In this document: positions 20,146 to 30,451 of the stretch, piece after piece
How positions within the stretch are numbered: the stretch's first letter is position 1
Layout of the letters: each line of letters begins with the position of its first letter
NCBI GenBank assembly: GCA_963792585.1
Contig: CAWBWI010000002.1
Location: 346,160-410,159 of the forward strand
DNA: 64,000 nucleotides
From: Candidatus Eiseniibacteriota bacterium
GTDB taxonomy: Bacteria > Eisenbacteria > RBG-16-71-46 > CAIMUX01 > VGJL01
Direction of reading: 5' to 3'
Made by a program: the position numbers and the translations under genes
The notes under the pieces: generated by a model
The model's input: the letters and a program-made list of their open reading frames with translations, nothing else
Told to the model about the DNA's origin: nothing
The model's database searches: none

Positions 20146-20733
20146 GTGAAACAAGCTACCACCCGTACCAGCTCACCACGTGGGCGGCGGCCCGAACGGG
20201 TTTCCCTGCGGGAGTACGCCCGCAGGATCGGGGTCTCCCACGTCTCGGTGATCCGCGCGATCCGCTCGGGGCGGATCTCCACGGTCGGCGGCAAGATCGA
20301 TCCTGCCGTGGCCGACCGGGAGTGGCGGGAAAACACGGATCAGAGCAAGCCGCTGAACCGGATCACCGGCCGGCCGAGGCGCCGGCGCGCACCCGATCAG
20401 CCGGCGATGCCCATGGAACTTGCCGGCGGCGGATTCGGCGTCGGAGATGGCGACGCCACTACAGCCGGCTACGCCCGGGCGCGCGCCGCCCGGGAACTGT
20501 TTCTAGCGCAGCTCGCCAAGATCGTGCTCGATGAGAGGCGCGGTATCCTCGTCCGCGCCGATGAGGTTCGGCTAGGAGCGTTCACCATGGCGCGCAAGGC
20601 CCGGGACCAGCTGATCGCGCTCCCCGAGCGCGTGGCCGCCATCCTTGCCGCCACCCAGGACCCGGCGGAGGTGCAGTGCATCCTCGAAGAGGAGATCGAG
20701 CGGGTCTGTCAGGAGATCGCGGAGGTTGGATGA
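20146..20733 (+). CDS. Terminase small-subunit-like (Nu1-like) protein, copy 1
   Basis: N-terminal HTH (SLREYARRIGVSHVSV), GKIDPAVAD, YARARAARE, RDQLIALPERVA; paralogous to 45838-46350. Confidence 0.7.
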   Translation: MKQATTRTSSPRGRRPERVSLREYARRIGVSHVSVIRAIRSGRISTVGGKIDPAVADREWRENTDQSKPLNRITGRPRRRRAPDQPAMPMELAGGGFGVGDGDATTAGYARARAARELFLAQLAKIVLDERRGILVRADEVRLGAFTMARKARDQLIALPERVAAILAATQDPAEVQCILEEEIERVCQEIAEVG

Positions 20734-20790
20734 TAGGGGCCCCTCTGGAGCAGACGGGACCGGGCCTGGCACCGGGCAGGCGCCGAGGCT

Positions 20791-22440
20791 CTACCCTTTG
20801 TGCTCACCGGGACCATCGCGATCGGGTAGCTCGAGATCCTGCTCAACCGACACCTCGTGGCGGATCACGTGCTTCGGGTTTGTTCCCGAACGCCTCCGCT
20901 CCTCAGCGCTGACGAGAACTGCCACGGAGAACAGGGCGGACTTCACAATCCGGAGTAGGCGTAGCGTCTCCCAGACCATGGACTTGTATTCAATACGCAT
21001 CACACCTTCCGGATCGGTTCCATGCAGCGCTTTCTTGCTGAGGACAAGGCAGCGGTGGGTATGGGCGTTCCTTATGTCCGAGATCCTCTTGTACCGTTCG
21101 TGTTCCAGGTCCAGGGCCAGATCTACCAGCGACACGACCCCGTAGTCGTCGCGGTCGCGGAGGCTTATTCGGACACGAGTTGCGGACGCAGGCACCTTTG
21201 CCTTCAGATCTTCGTCGTCCCGCCAAAGGACTCTGAAGCCAGTCCGCCTCGATGGGATACCAAGCCCGAGATACTCGTTCACCAGGAAGGCGATCTTGTC
21301 GAGAACGTCGAACGCCTGGCCGAATGCCGCTTTGAGAAGCCCCCCATACAGATGAGACACCGCTCCATCACGGAGATCTGCAAAGAGGGTGGTGCGGCTC
21401 ACGGCATCCCTATCGGGGTCGCGGTCGAGCGACAGAAACGTGAGGTAACGCGCGACCGCGTAGTCTTCCTTGATCTGATTGAAACGGATCGCCAAAGCCG
21501 GGAACCGAGAGGGCTCGCTCTTCCCTTCCAGTGTCTCGACGAATACATCATCGCGGAGTGCCGCCGAAGCCTCCTCGTCACATAGGTGGTACGTAAGGAA
21601 GAGCCGCTCGTCCCTGCTGAACGCCAGGAAACGCCTCATGAGCGGTGAGAGCGCCGCGAGGTCTGCGGGCCTATGCGTTCGAGGCTCGTCGGCCCGGATG
21701 GCTTTCCCGAGAATTCCCTCGATTCTCTTGAGGTCGCTGCCCCAGTGCTCACGGACCTGTGCACCTCCTGTCCCAGCGAGTCTCGGGTCGCTCGTGGCTT
21801 GAGCAAGAAGCCGGCCTGCCTCGTGAAGGGCCTCGACCCGGGACACGCCGAGCCTCGGCGCGATCGCTTCCAGTGCCTCTCCCTTGTTTCCCTTCGCCAT
21901 GGGATGTCCGGGATTCAGATGTAGGGCTTGGTCGTATGCGTACAAGGCTTCGAGCTTCCGGCCGACGAGGGAAAGGCGGTTTCCGTAGTTGACCCAATGC
22001 TCGGGAGAGGTCCCGGTCTTCTCGTCCTCCAAGAGCTCGGCGAAGAGATGCTTCGCTCGACGACAGCTTTCGTTTTCCTGCAGGTTCCAGTAGGTCCATG
22101 CCTGGGCCATCACCTGAAGCCGACCCAGGCCGTCCAGACCGTTTGCGAGGTTGTATTGAATGATCCTCCGTGTTTTAGGGGGGAGCTTGATCTCTAGAAG
22201 CCCGTCCAGAATGGCGACCCCGCGCTCAATCAGCGTGGACTCCTCCGAATGCGAGCCGATGTCGATCAAGAATCCGGCGCAGCTCCCCAGAACACTCTCG
22301 TTTGCCCCCGGCTTCGCCAGAAGGCTCTCAGTCTTAGCGAGCGCCTCGGACAATTGCCCCTGGCTGATCAGGGCGTGAGCAGCCCTGAGGGCGTCCTCCC
22401 ACTCGGCCGGCGTTAGCTGGCTGTCGTTGTCGGATGTCAT
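20791..22440 (-). CDS. TPR + HEPN protein (LA2681-like)
   Basis: TPR helices (WVNYGNRL...EALYAYDQAL), FNQIKEDYAVARY, FDVLDKIAFLVNEYL, RxxxxH motif RNAHTH. Confidence 0.75.
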   Translation of the reverse strand: MTSDNDSQLTPAEWEDALRAAHALISQGQLSEALAKTESLLAKPGANESVLGSCAGFLIDIGSHSEESTLIERGVAILDGLLEIKLPPKTRRIIQYNLANGLDGLGRLQVMAQAWTYWNLQENESCRRAKHLFAELLEDEKTGTSPEHWVNYGNRLSLVGRKLEALYAYDQALHLNPGHPMAKGNKGEALEAIAPRLGVSRVEALHEAGRLLAQATSDPRLAGTGGAQVREHWGSDLKRIEGILGKAIRADEPRTHRPADLAALSPLMRRFLAFSRDERLFLTYHLCDEEASAALRDDVFVETLEGKSEPSRFPALAIRFNQIKEDYAVARYLTFLSLDRDPDRDAVSRTTLFADLRDGAVSHLYGGLLKAAFGQAFDVLDKIAFLVNEYLGLGIPSRRTGFRVLWRDDEDLKAKVPASATRVRISLRDRDDYGVVSLVDLALDLEHERYKRISDIRNAHTHRCLVLSKKALHGTDPEGVMRIEYKSMVWETLRLLRIVKSALFSVAVLVSAEERRRSGTNPKHVIRHEVSVEQDLELPDRDGPGEHKG

Positions 22441-23270
22441 CGAATGGACCCCCGGTGAGTGGCCGGTTGAGGAGGTCGGCTAACGCTGATGCGGAACTCG
22501 GTCGCGGAGCAGATGAGCCAGAACTTGCACTGCCGTTTGTGGGAGAGGCCATGGCCGACCAACTCCGCTTCGATCTCGTAGGTACCCGCCGGCAGGACCC
22601 AATCCGGATTCCTCCAGCCGGGTCCATAGAGGTAGGAGCGGTCATTGAAGTGGTAGAACTCGGCCTCGTCCTTCCGCTTCATAGCAAACGCGATGTGCCA
22701 AGGTCGTTCCGGATCTTGGAGATCGGACGGGTAAAGTCGCGGAAGCCGGTGATTCGTCTCAACGGCCCGGAGATCGATCTTCCCAGCGGTATCAAGAGGT
22801 TGGATCACGTCCCCCCATCGTCCAAACCTCCACTCGGTCCAATGGTCGCCCGTCCCATCGCCACAGTAACGAAACCGGACAGCCGCGCCCCCGACCGGAG
22901 TTCTGGATCCGAACGCGCGTATCCACCGTGGTGCGTCCTGATGTTCGATTGTCGTCCCAAGTATCAGGAAGCCCCGCAGCCAGTTCTGATGCCGGGCCAG
23001 ATCGAGAGCTTCACCTTCGAGTCCCTCCTCTGGTGAAGGTTCAGGGTGTCCCAGTGGGTGGGCCGCTGCGTCTACCAGGCGGAACTTCGGATCGGGCAGC
23101 AGAGCGTAACGGAGGACCAGCTGGAGAAAGGCATGCGCGGCGAATGAGAGCCCGATGAACTTCAGCCAGTCATCGACCCGAGTGGGGGCGCCGAGCATCG
23201 CAAGTGCGATGAGCGCCGCCACGCCGATTACAGCCATGCGGATCACAATGTCGAGCAGTTTCCCGGACAT
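22437..23270 (-). CDS. Hypothetical protein with two N-terminal transmembrane helices
   Basis: GGAGG RBS; two hydrophobic segments; stop overlaps the HEPN gene start (ATGA). Confidence 0.6.
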   Translation of the reverse strand: MSGKLLDIVIRMAVIGVAALIALAMLGAPTRVDDWLKFIGLSFAAHAFLQLVLRYALLPDPKFRLVDAAAHPLGHPEPSPEEGLEGEALDLARHQNWLRGFLILGTTIEHQDAPRWIRAFGSRTPVGGAAVRFRYCGDGTGDHWTEWRFGRWGDVIQPLDTAGKIDLRAVETNHRLPRLYPSDLQDPERPWHIAFAMKRKDEAEFYHFNDRSYLYGPGWRNPDWVLPAGTYEIEAELVGHGLSHKRQCKFWLICSATEFRISVSRPPQPATHRGSIR

Positions 23271-23487
23271 CGGACCTCCGTCCCCCATCGTCCAGGCGTA
23301 CCCCCACAGGATTCGGCTGGAAAGTCATCGGGCGGGTGCAGCCATCGGACGCAGCCAGACGGAGCATAACGGAGCCTGTGGCCTGCGCCCACCATCGATC
23401 CAAACCGGCTCCTCTTTGGTCTAGCCGACGGAAACCGGCTCGCACTAGGCTCCAACACCGCTGGTGTCAACGGGTCGGGGGGGCGAC

Positions 23488-23670
23488 ATGACCAGGCGGG
23501 CCGATCCACGCGAGCCTTGGGTGCCCGTCGATGACGTCGTCGCGTATCTCGGCGAGGCCAAGGACAGGGTCCACCGATTGATTGGATCCAAGGCCTGCCT
23601 GCCCGCTGGCTCGGCCGCCTCTGGAAGTTCAATCTGAGCGATGTGGACGCCTGGGTGCGAGTCCGCTCGG
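23488..23670 (+). pseudogene. Excisionase-family HTH protein, frameshifted
   Basis: EPWVPVDDVVAYLGEAKDRVHRLI, then in another frame LGRLWKFNLSDVDAWVR. Confidence 0.65.
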
Positions 23671-23709
23671 AGCGCGATTGCGGTCCCGACGCCCATCCGC
23701 CCGGAAGGG

Positions 23710-24810
23710 CAGATGCGTACCTTGCTCGCGGGAACGCAGGTCAAGGGTCAGTGCTGCCCTGGGAGGTCGTTCACCCCGAGCGGCGGGGGGAGCAGTACCT
23801 GTTCCGGCTGCGCTGCGGGCAGGACGTTCTCCAGGGAATGGAGATCGACCTGTTCCACCCCTTCGAGGCGATTCATCGGATCACGACCCGATTTGACCCG
23901 CGCCGCGTAGAGCGGCTGCGTGAATGGCTGCTCGACCACGACACTTTTCTCCTGGGGCAGGCCCTCGGTCCTTCGGCGGTTCTCACAGTTCAGCCCGGTC
24001 GCCTCGACATCGGGCCTTGCCAGCTGGTCCAAGTCATGGGCGCCGAGTGGATGAGCCGGCGCGGCTGTTGCTCGCGGATGGCGTCGAGCTGGGCAAGACC
24101 GTCGAGGCGGGCGTGGTCATGGCCGAGCTGATCGCCGGGCGGTGCGCGCACCGAATCCTGATCTTTTCGCCGGCTGGGCCGCTCCTCGATCTGTGGCACC
24201 GCGAGATGCGCGACAGCTTCGGCCTCCGGTCCGCGGCGATCCGGGGCGCGGGGGGAGCTGCAGGAAATCCGGCGGCCCCTCGTCCTCGGAGCCAGTCCCT
24301 TCGACCATGTCTCCTCCTGCCTGACCTCCGTGGACTGCGCCAAGCAGGAGAAGGTCCTTCAAGAGCTCGAGCGGAGCGTGTGGGCCCCAGTCATCATCGA
24401 TGAGGCGCATCACTGCATGCGTCTGGGGTCGGCGGGGGACTGGGAGGACTCGCGCCGCCGTCGGCCGGTCGAGGTCCTCGCGCCTGAGCCGGATGGTCTA
24501 CTGCAGCCTCACGGCTACTCCTCATGACGGCTACGACCCGCACGTCGCATCGATCGTGGATCCGCTTGAGCCGAGCCAAGTGGAAGAGCGTGGAGTACTC
24601 CGAGGCGAGCGATACCGTGGCACGTGGTCCACCGCCTGAAGCAGCACATCAAGGACCCAGAGACCGGGCAGCCGCTCTTCAAGACCCGACAGGTCACGCC
24701 GTGCCCAGTCCCATTCGACTGGGTCTCGAGGCCTGCGTTCCCGGCCCACCAACAGGCATTCCTCACCGGCCTCGCGCCGCGCTTGCGACAGGCCGTGCGC
24801 GAGCGCCATG
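23710..24810 (+). pseudogene. Decayed SNF2-family helicase (DISARM DrmD-like), N-terminal part only
   Basis: Fragments [47 protein letters not shown] across several frames with degenerate motifs. Confidence 0.7.
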
Positions 24811-25220
24811 GAGAATTTCCTCCACCTGGCACGTCAGGGCGCCAGAGTCTCGTATTCCGGCACCCGGACGAGCGAGTGCTGCTCGACTACCCCAACGTCC
24901 GGTTCGTGCCGCTGCCGCTGGGGGAGTGCCTGCTCGAGGTGCCGATAACGCGCTCGAGCTGGCTGCCCGATCATGGGAGCGACGCCACGGGGATTGCGCC
25001 CGACCGCCCGCTCCCGCAGGATGTGGACGGCACGGAGTTCACGGACGCTGTGCGCGCTGGCCTCGTGATTGCTTATTGATCGGTGGCGCCGCGCCCCATC
25101 GTCGGTGGATCGGATGCGCCCACATCGGCCTTCGCTTCGCGACGGGCACGCTGTCTGGTTGGACGGGATTCTCTGCCTCTGTCTACATACCCGGCGGGAG
25201 CTCGAAGTGTCGGACTGGGC
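24795..25220 (+). repeat. Diverged direct-repeat copy A (degenerate 3' end of the S41 peptidase gene plus downstream DNA)
   Basis: Aligns by eye with ~26013-26433 (e.g. GACGCCACGGGGATTGCGCCCGA, CACGGAGTTCACGGACGC, GTCTACATACCCGGC). Confidence 0.85.
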
Positions 25221-25308
25221 ATCCACCCAGCGGGCACCGGCCTGTTCGGTGCCGAGCGAGGACTGCACCCGGGATCTGCTGGCGCGGCCGCACGAAAGCG
25301 AGGGGGCG

Positions 25309-26295
25309 ATGAACGGATTGGCGGATTTCGAGGCGCTGCGGGCCTGCGTCGAGAGCGACTACGCCGGCTGGGCGGACAAGACAGCCGGACGGTTGGCAGA
25401 GTTGGCCGCCCTGACCGAGCGCATCCGCGGCGAGCTGCGCGCGCCGCGCGAGCCAGCCGAGGCCACAGCGCTGCTGCGTGAGTGGGTCGCCTTCTTCGAC
25501 GACCGGCACCTGACCGTCAAGGAGACGGCGAAGATGGCCGCCTGGCGGGCGTCGCTCGAGCGCCGGGAGCAGGCGCCGTGCCTCTGCGAAGCGCGGGCAG
25601 ACACGCTCCTGCTCGTGATCCGGTCGTTCGCGTCGGAGTACCAGGAACCGCTTGAGATGCTCCTGCATGCCTGGGCGGAACGGCTGGCCGCGGCGCGCTT
25701 CCTGATCATCGACGTGCGCCACTGCGAGGGGGGGAGCGACGCGACCGGCTGGCCGCTCGTCCCCTGGCTCTACTCGGGCCCGATCGCGCGGGTGGGCTGC
25801 GACGTGCGCGTCAGCCCAGGGAACGTCGACGCGCTCCGTGAGTACGCGGGCAGCCCCGCGCTGGCGGCGGAGGCACGCACAGCGTGCGGGCAGATCGTGG
25901 CACGGATGGAGGCGGTCGGGGGAGGCTTCGTCTGCCTCGCCCCGGACGACGAGATCCGCCTGGAGGAGGTCCGGCCGCGCCCCGAGCGCGTCGCGGTCCT
26001 GATCGGCGAACGGTGCGCCAGCGCCACTGAGGAGTTCCTCCTCCTGGCTCGTCAGAGTGCCAAGGTCTCGCTCTTCGGCACCCGCACGAGCGGCTGCCTC
26101 GACTACTCCAACGTGCGCCTCGTGCCACTCCCGTCGGGGGAGCGTCTTCTCGGGGTGCCGATAACGCGTTCGCGCCGAATGCCCGATCACGGGATCGACG
26201 CCACGGGGATTGCGCCCGATCGCCCGCTCCCGCCGGATGCGGACGACACGGAGTTCACGGACGCCGTGCGCGCTGCGCTCGCGATTCCTTGTTGA
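25309..26295 (+). CDS. S41-family peptidase-like protein
   Basis: LIIDVRHCEGGS, CASATEEF, LFGTRTSGCLDYSN, GIAPD. Confidence 0.7.
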   Translation: MNGLADFEALRACVESDYAGWADKTAGRLAELAALTERIRGELRAPREPAEATALLREWVAFFDDRHLTVKETAKMAAWRASLERREQAPCLCEARADTLLLVIRSFASEYQEPLEMLLHAWAERLAAARFLIIDVRHCEGGSDATGWPLVPWLYSGPIARVGCDVRVSPGNVDALREYAGSPALAAEARTACGQIVARMEAVGGGFVCLAPDDEIRLEEVRPRPERVAVLIGERCASATEEFLLLARQSAKVSLFGTRTSGCLDYSNVRLVPLPSGERLLGVPITRSRRMPDHGIDATGIAPDRPLPPDADDTEFTDAVRAALAIPC

Positions 26296-26433
26296 CCTGG
26301 GGGGCCGCGTCCATCGTCCGGAGATCGGGTGCGCCCACAACTGCCTTCGCTTTGCGACCGGCTCGCAGACTGGCTAGACGGGGTGCTTTAGTTGTGTCTA
26401 CATACCCGGCTGAAGTTCGAGATGTCGGCTTGG
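26013..26433 (+). repeat. Diverged direct-repeat copy B
   Basis: See copy A. Confidence 0.85.
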
Positions 26434-26671
26434 CGAACAATACGTTTCTGGATGCCACTTGCAAGTGCCCAGGCCCTGGCGGGCTAGACCTGAATGGACG
26501 CACACCGTCCGCCGGTCTAGACTCATTGCGGCGATGTCCAGGAGACGATGCTTCGGGAGTGCCGGGCAAGATGGTCGGGTAATCGCACCGCTGCTTACGA
26601 GGCGTTCGTTGGGCGACGTCTTTCTGTCCCACCGCCAAGGTGGTTATCGACACACGAGGAGCAATTGGCGA

Positions 26672-27775
26672 ATGAGCCTTCAAGAAGAACTCGACAGGGC
26701 ACGGTCCGAGATTCGCACGGATGGGTATCCAGTATCCGTCGGTGAGTGGATCAGCATCTACGAAAAGCAGGAACTCGATATCCATCCAGAGTTCCAACGT
26801 TTCTTCCGTTGGACATCCAGGCAGAAGTCGCGCCTGATCGAGTCAATCTTGCTTGGCATTCCGATTCCCCAGGTTTTTGTCGCGCAGAGACCCGATGGCG
26901 TGTGGGACGTCGTAGATGGACTGCAACGCCTTTCTACGATCTTTCAGTTCGTCGGAATCCTCCGTGACGAAAACAGCGCGACGCTTCAGCCGCTAACGCT
27001 GGAGCGCACGACATATTTGCCGTCTCTCGAGGGCCTTCGATGGCAGGATGACGATCACCCAGATCAATCGTTGAGCAACGCCCAACGGCTTCTCATCAAG
27101 CGCGCGAAAATAGATGTGAGCATCATCCTCCGGGAAAGTGACGAGCAGACCAAATTCGAATTGTTCCAGCGCCTGAATACTGGGGGCTCCCCACTTTCCG
27201 ATCAGGAGATGCGCAACAGTCTGCTGGTCATGTTGAACCGCGACTTGTTCCGCTGGATGAAGGACCTGTCAGACGACCCACATTTCTTGGAGTGTACCGC
27301 CCTATCGGACCGGGCCGCCGATGAGCAGTACGACATGGAACTGGTCCTGCGCTTCTTGGCACTTCGCAGCGCCGCAGAGAATCAGCTGACAAGTCTAGGT
27401 GATCTCGGTGAGTTCCTGACCGAGAAGGCACGGTCTATAGCGCTCGACAAGAGCTTCGATCGAAGAGGAGAAGAGCTCGCCTTCCGCGAGACCTTTGCGA
27501 TGCTAGATAGCCAATTGGGTAACCAGAGTTTCAGACGATATGACGCGGCATCGAGTCGTTTCTTGGGCGGCTTTTCGATTTCCGCCTTTGAGGTTGTTGC
27601 GCTCGGAGTGGGGTACAACTACAGGAGGCTTCAGGCTGCACCTGAGGTGCTGATGGACAAGGTGAAGAGCATCTGGGGCGAGCGCGAGTTCGTTGAGAAT
27701 TCCGGAGCCGGAGTCCGTGCCAGTTCCCGAATCCCCAAGATAGTGCCATTCGGTAGGCAGCACTTCGCGGCATGA
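26672..27775 (+). CDS. DUF262 (GmrSD N-terminal/ParB-like) domain protein
   Basis: PEFQRFFRW, LIESILLGIPIP, VVDGLQRLST, LFQRLNTGG. Confidence 0.88.
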   Translation: MSLQEELDRARSEIRTDGYPVSVGEWISIYEKQELDIHPEFQRFFRWTSRQKSRLIESILLGIPIPQVFVAQRPDGVWDVVDGLQRLSTIFQFVGILRDENSATLQPLTLERTTYLPSLEGLRWQDDDHPDQSLSNAQRLLIKRAKIDVSIILRESDEQTKFELFQRLNTGGSPLSDQEMRNSLLVMLNRDLFRWMKDLSDDPHFLECTALSDRAADEQYDMELVLRFLALRSAAENQLTSLGDLGEFLTEKARSIALDKSFDRRGEELAFRETFAMLDSQLGNQSFRRYDAASSRFLGGFSISAFEVVALGVGYNYRRLQAAPEVLMDKVKSIWGEREFVENSGAGVRASSRIPKIVPFGRQHFAA

Positions 27776-27885
27776 AGATTCGGACCGAGACGATACTATG
27801 CGATATCATCGACTCCGATCTGATCTGGCGCAAGAAGGAACTCACCCAGATCGGGTTTCTTCTCGAGGGGAGCTGTAGTCGCGAC

Positions 27886-29310
27886 GAAGGTGTGCCAAAC
27901 TTAGTTGGTAAATTGAAGCGGCTCCAACCCTGTGGTTTGATGGGGATTGCAAAGTCTCTCATCACCACAGAAGAAAGGAGCCGTCGATGGGCAGTGTCCT
28001 GCGTCGGGTTCGGAAGCGCAAGCGGTCCTTCGGGGAAGTCACGGTGCTGCGGCGCGAGGAGTACGAGGAGCTGGAGTTGGACGCCAAGGTGGAAGCCATC
28101 CGAGGCTTGATTCCATTGGGGTTGATGCACGTCCAGGAACTGCTGGATCAGGAAGTTATGGTCCTTGCCGGCCCGCGGCGGGCGCGGGAGGACGGGGCTC
28201 CGGGGATGCGCTACGGGAGCAACCCCGGCTCGGTCCGGCTGGGCGGACAGCGGGTGCCGATCCGGGTGCCGCGCGTTCGCACCGACCGCGGCGAGATTCC
28301 CCTTCGGGGCTACCAGGCAATGCATGATTCGGGCGAAGTGAATGACCAGTTGCTCAGGCGAGTGCTCTACGGGATTTCGTGCCGGAACTACGGGGTGGCG
28401 GCCGAGTCGATTCCGGGAGCTCTGGGCCTGTCGAGTTCCTCTGTGTCGCGGGCCTTCGTGGAGGCGAGCGCTGCGAAGCTCAAGGAGTTCCAGGAACGGG
28501 ATCTGTCGAAGGATCACTACGTGGCGCTGTTCCTGGACGGCAAGAGCTTCTCCGACTCGACGCTGGTGATCGCCCTGGGAGTGACGAGCCGCGGGGAGAA
28601 GCGATTCCTGGGGTTCGTGGAGACGGACACCGAGAACGAGAAGGTTCTCACGCCTTTCCTGCGCACGCTGCTGGAGCGTGGGCTCGACATCTCCGCGGGA
28701 CTGCTGGTGGTCCTGGACGGAGCCAAGGGGCTGCGGGCCGCGGTGAACCAGGCCTTCAAGAAGAAGTCTGTGGTCCATCGCTGCATGTGGCACAAGCGGG
28801 AAAACGTCGTCAGCTACCTTCCCAAGGGGGAGCAGGCGAGCTGGCGCCGGCGCCTGCAACGCGCCTACGACCGGCCGACCTACGCGGAGGCGAAGGCGGA
28901 GCTGATGAAGCTGCTCCGGGAGTTGGAGCAGCGTAACCAATCGGCCGCTGCGAGCCTCGCGGAAGGCATGGAGGAGACGCTCACCCTGCATCGGCTCGGG
29001 GTGTTCGCGCTTCTGGGTATGTCCTTCAAGACGACGAACTGTCTGGAGTCGGCGAACGCACTGATCGAGGAGCGGTGTGCCAAGGTGGATGCCTGGAAGA
29101 ACTCGAGTCAACGGCATCGGTGGCTTGCAGCGGCGTTGCTGGACATCGAGCCCCGGTGGCGACGGGTGCGAGGCTACCAGCATCTGCCGAAGCTCGAGGC
29201 CGCGATCGCACGAGCACTCAAGATCAAGGTCGCACCCCTCCGTGAGAAGAGGGCCGCATGAATGTTCAACACGAGCCGCCATGTTTATCAACTAAGAATG
29301 GGCTTGACTC
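27886..29310 (+). mobile_element. IS256-family insertion sequence, 1425 bp, with 8-bp target duplication GTCGCGAC
   Basis: TSD at 27878-27885 and 29311-29318; imperfect terminal IRs GA-N12-CTTAGTTG(G/A)TAAA. Confidence 0.9.
27987..29261 (+). CDS. IS256-family (mutator-type) transposase
   Basis: IRVPRVR, LFLDG, IALGVT...GEKRFLG, LDGAKGL, HRCMWHK, TTNCLES. Confidence 0.92.
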   Translation: MGSVLRRVRKRKRSFGEVTVLRREEYEELELDAKVEAIRGLIPLGLMHVQELLDQEVMVLAGPRRAREDGAPGMRYGSNPGSVRLGGQRVPIRVPRVRTDRGEIPLRGYQAMHDSGEVNDQLLRRVLYGISCRNYGVAAESIPGALGLSSSSVSRAFVEASAAKLKEFQERDLSKDHYVALFLDGKSFSDSTLVIALGVTSRGEKRFLGFVETDTENEKVLTPFLRTLLERGLDISAGLLVVLDGAKGLRAAVNQAFKKKSVVHRCMWHKRENVVSYLPKGEQASWRRRLQRAYDRPTYAEAKAELMKLLRELEQRNQSAAASLAEGMEETLTLHRLGVFALLGMSFKTTNCLESANALIEERCAKVDAWKNSSQRHRWLAAALLDIEPRWRRVRGYQHLPKLEAAIARALKIKVAPLREKRAA

Positions 29311-30217
29311 GTCGCGACGATCGGCGGGCGGCCTTGCTTCGGGCAGCGATGGCGCTTCTTTATGCACATTGGGAGGGGTTTATCAAGACGGCCGGGACTG
29401 CGTACGTGGAATTCGTCGCGGCCCAGCGGCTTCGGCTCGACGAGCTTGCGCCAAACTTCCTCGCGCTCGCGAGCCGGAGGGCGCTAATGGCGGCCACAGG
29501 TGCGAGGCGAATTCACGCACACATAGAGCTGACTAAACTGTTTCGCTGTGGTTTGCACGAAGTAAGTTCCATGCCTCATCAGCACGCTGTCAATACACGA
29601 GCAAACCTCTCGTCCGAAGCGCTTCGGGATGTTATGGACACGCTGGGTCTCGATTACAGCCCGTTTGCAACAAAGGGCCAGTTGATAGACGAGACTCTAC
29701 TGGCTTCAAGAAACACCATCGCGCACGGGGAGTACCTTACGATCACGGAGTCCACGTACCGCGATACTCACAAGGAGGTGCTCCGGATGATGGAGACGTT
29801 TCGGACCCTCGTTCAGAATGCCGCCAATTCCGGCGGGTATAGGGGCCCGACTCCTGCAACGAGTGGCTGAGCGGAGACTAATGACGAGGTGGGCCGGCTG
29901 GGCGTGCCAGTCCGCGGTCGGCGCCTTCAGAGAATTGGTGCGTTGACGCTCCCCCGGAACTGTTCGAAGCGTGGGATCGGGTCGCGGTAGGAACCGTTGC
30001 GTTAACCGCGAGAGTTGTGTTGAGGAGAGAATCCGAGAGTTTTCGGACCTCTCTTTGGGGCTCGGGGGGAACCATGACGTTTCCCACGGGACCCCGGTCG
30101 CTCTCGCTCGAACTAGAGTCTCCGGGCCGCCCGGCCCGACCGGCGCAGGCGCCCGCGCCAACAGGCGCTTAGCGAGAAACCCCGCGACTTCTCGGCCCCG
30201 AGGTTCTCCACTAGCAA

Positions 30218-30244
30218 GAACGCCGCGATGAGTTCGCGGCGTTC
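30218..30244. terminator. Perfect hairpin between convergent cargo units
   Basis: GAACGCCGCGA-TGAGT-TCGCGGCGTTC; no clear U tract. Confidence 0.4.
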
Positions 30245-30451
30245 GATTGGCTCCCCATAGGGAACCCTCTTCGGAACGAGCAGAAAAGCGTCGCCGCATG
30301 TTTGGCCTAGGGTCTAGGGTTCTGCCCGCATTAGAAGGTCTGGTTCCAAGAGATGATCGGCCGAATCCCTCGGGCCTCTCCAGGTTCAAGCCTATGCCCT
30401 GCCAGGATCCACATCACACCAAAAGTCCACACCAAATCTTGGTGTCCAAGG

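Larger units (their letters stand above)
27772..29870 (+). pseudogene. MAE_28990/MAE_18760-type HEPN nuclease interrupted by IS256
   Basis: Removing the IS and one target copy gives an in-frame MKIRT...DLIWRKKEL...CSRD|DRRAALLRAAMALLYAHWEGF...RNTIAHG. Confidence 0.85.

Noticed and set aside
24795..26433. Repeat pair as a diversity-generating retroelement template/variable repeat
   Set aside because: Differences are not adenine-specific, many are third-codon changes, and no reverse transcriptase is present in the window
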